Assembly (NCBI RefSeq): GCF_036365525.1
Contig: NC_090401.1
Coordinates: 42,926,683 to 42,990,682, forward strand
Reading direction: 5' to 3'
Length of the DNA stretch: 64,000 nt
DNA from: Heterodontus francisci
Lineage: Eukaryota
The position numbers were made by a program, and so were the translations under genes. Under the pieces are notes generated by a model. That model had not been told where the DNA came from, ran no database searches, and saw only the letters and a program-made list of their open reading frames with translations. Each line of letters starts with the position of its first letter. Position 1 is the stretch's first letter. This document shows positions 61,855 to 64,000 of the stretch, one piece after another.

Positions 61855-61971
61855 AGAGAATTTGAAGAAACATGGTGTTTGTATCAGAGTCCTGGGAAAT
61901 CTGACCCTGCTGCCTGTTGACATTCAGGAGCTGATTGCACAGGCAGTCCTAGCAACACAGAGTTACAACAA
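61855..61971 (+). CDS. DHDDS: DHDDS coding exon 4
   Basis: [38 protein letters not shown]. Confidence 0.95.
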
Positions 61972-61989
61972 GTAAGTTCTACCGTACTC

Positions 61990-62142
61990 TGTATGTGTGT
62001 CTGTCTGCCTCTGTTTGCATGTGTGGTGCCTCTGTTTGTGTGTTTGTCTGTCTGCCTCTGTTTGTGTGTTTGTCTGCATGTGTCTGTCTGCCTCTGTTTG
62101 TGTACATGTGTGTATGTGTATCCATGGGTGGGTGTATGTGTG
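61990..62142. repeat. TG-rich degenerate microsatellite
   Basis: Repeats of GTCTGTCTGCCTCTGTTTGTGTG. Confidence 0.8.
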
Positions 62143-62233
62143 TCACTGATACCCGGTCCGGCTGTGTGGGACGCCCTCTCCCTCCTCTTTTCTCTCCTGA
62201 TGTGGTTCCATTAACTGCTCCACTGTGTTGCAG

Positions 62234-62335
62234 GTGTTTCCTGAATGTGTGCTTCGCCTACACCTCTCGGCATGAGATCACCAGTGCGGTTTGTGAGATG
62301 GCTCTGGGAGTGGAGGAAGGATTACTGAGGCCCAG
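62234..62335 (+). CDS. DHDDS: DHDDS coding exon 5
   Basis: [33 protein letters not shown]. Confidence 0.95.
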
Positions 62336-62640
62336 GTAATGTTACCTCATTGGGCATACTGAGATGGGGGCTGATCAATGTCGAGCCTCAAGGGAGACAA
62401 TTAATCAGTGTTGAGTCCGGGGAGGGGTTAATTGGAATGGAGTCTGGGGAGGGATTAGGCAGCTGTGCTGAGCCTGAGGAGGGTGGGCAGCGGTTAGTGT
62501 CGAACCTGGGGAGGGCAGAAGGTGTTAATCAGTGTCAAGCCTGGGGAGAGGCTGGTCTTTGCCCTGCCCCTCGGAATTGAGATTATACAGGGCCCGTTGC
62601 CCCATTGCACAGCATTAATCTGAGTCCTTTTGTGTTGCAG

Positions 62641-62755
62641 TGATCTTTCGGAGCCTCTACTCAGCAGGTGTCTGTACTCGAGCAGCTCCCCAGACCCAGA
62701 CCTGCTGATCCGCACATCTGGGGAGGTTCGTCTCAGTGACTTCCTGCTGTGGCAG
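62641..62755 (+). CDS. DHDDS: DHDDS coding exon 6 (gene continues beyond the window)
   Basis: [38 protein letters not shown]; donor CAG|GTGAGG. Confidence 0.97.
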
Positions 62756-63289
62756 GTGAGGAGCTAACACTGGGCTATTGCTTTAATCATTTATCATAAA
62801 ATCCACACCATCGATTATACCAGTTCACAAATATCTGCTGTAAATATATTTCAGGTTTAACAATCCTGCACACTGACCCTCTTTCTAAAGGTGTAAAAAT
62901 ATATCCATAAGACAGTGAGGCTGGCGTTTAGGATCCCAGAGGAGAGATGTGTTGCTGTGAAATGTGGCAGTGTAAATATTATAGAGCAGGTTTGCTCTGA
63001 GTTTAGGGTTACAGCTCCATCTCCTGAAACTGAATAGTGTGGCTGAAACAGCACAGTCCAGGTTTTTGTTATATGATGAAGATGTTAAACACTAAGCCCA
63101 GTGCATGAACTAACTCAGGGCAAGTGTGAACAGTTACACTCATTACACACCAACTGCAGCTTTAATTTTGCTGAAATTATTTTACATAATCTGCTTTTTT
63201 GTCACATTTGAGAGATGTGGGCTGGTTTGATTGTGAATGAGTGAGACTGGTTAAACTAGTGTAAACTTTTTAATGGAACCGCAAGACAA

Positions 63290-63592
63290 CAGCCAACTCG
63301 AACCCGACCTGGGCCCGAGTCCTTTTAATTTTTTTAAATGCCCGACCCGACCTGAACCTGACACATGTAGTCGGGTTTGGTCGGGTAGCCAGGTTTTACT
63401 GCAGAGTGCGGAGTCTGGACTGCACGTTTCCCACCTTGACGTCTTGAATGCTCATTTGAAGATTACCTCCTGGAGCAAGGCAGCACTGTCCATGTCCAGC
63501 CCGAATGCTGGACCTGGAAGAGAGACACGACCTGACCCGAACCCGACACATGTCGTCAGGTCTGGTCGGGTTCGGGTCGGGTAGCCACGCTT
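63290..63592. mobile_element. hAT-type CCCGA-rich MITE, same family as 42004-42272, opposite orientation
   Basis: The reverse complement of the right end, TAAAGCGTGGCTACCCGA...CTCTTCCAGGTC, matches 42004 onward. Left boundary uncertain. Confidence 0.65.
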
Positions 63593-64000
63593 TAATAGGA
63601 ACAGGAGAAAGCCATTTAGCCCCTCACGTCAGTTCTTCCATTCAATGAGATCCAAATGCCTATTTTTCATCATATCCCTTAATACCTTTGGTTACCAAAA
63701 ATCTATCAACTTCAGATTAAAAATTAACAATTGGCCTCATGTTGTTTGCAGAAGAGAGTTCCAAACTTCTACCATTCTTTGCATGTAAAACTGTTTCCTA
63801 ATCTCACTCCTAAAAGATCTGGCTCTAGATTTTAGGTTATATCCCCTAGTCCTAGATTCCCCAACCAACAGAAATAGTTTCTGGCTACTCTATCAGTTCC
63901 AATTAATATCTTGAAATCTTTGATAAATCACTCCTTAACCTTCTAACTTCCAGGGAATACGAACATAAGAATTAGGAACAGGGGGAGGCCACTCGGCCCT

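Overview
Vertebrate, almost certainly elasmobranch (shark/ray), genomic DNA: HE1-type V-SINEs, Deu-type SINEs and abundant CR1/L2/RTE/Penelope fragments. Four spliced protein-coding genes lie on the + strand: NR0B2/SHP (2 exons, ~258 aa), GPATCH3 (7 exons, ~485 aa, one GC-AG intron), GPN2 (a non-coding exon plus 5 coding exons, ~322 aa, last intron U12-type) and DHDDS (first 6 coding exons; the gene runs off the right edge). Most of the rest is nested transposon debris. The most notable non-obvious signals: minimal hammerhead-ribozyme cores in the many short Penelope terminal fragments; a TTTAAAC slippery heptamer at the ORF1/ORF2 junction of a near full-length CR1; a fossil PIF/Harbinger transposase split by a Penelope element, which itself carries a hAT MITE; a solo LTR; a hAT-Charlie deletion derivative; and a G4-forming minisatellite in the NR0B2 3'UTR. 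All family and gene assignments come from recognising motifs by eye. No database searches were run, and TE boundaries are approximate unless a TSD is quoted.
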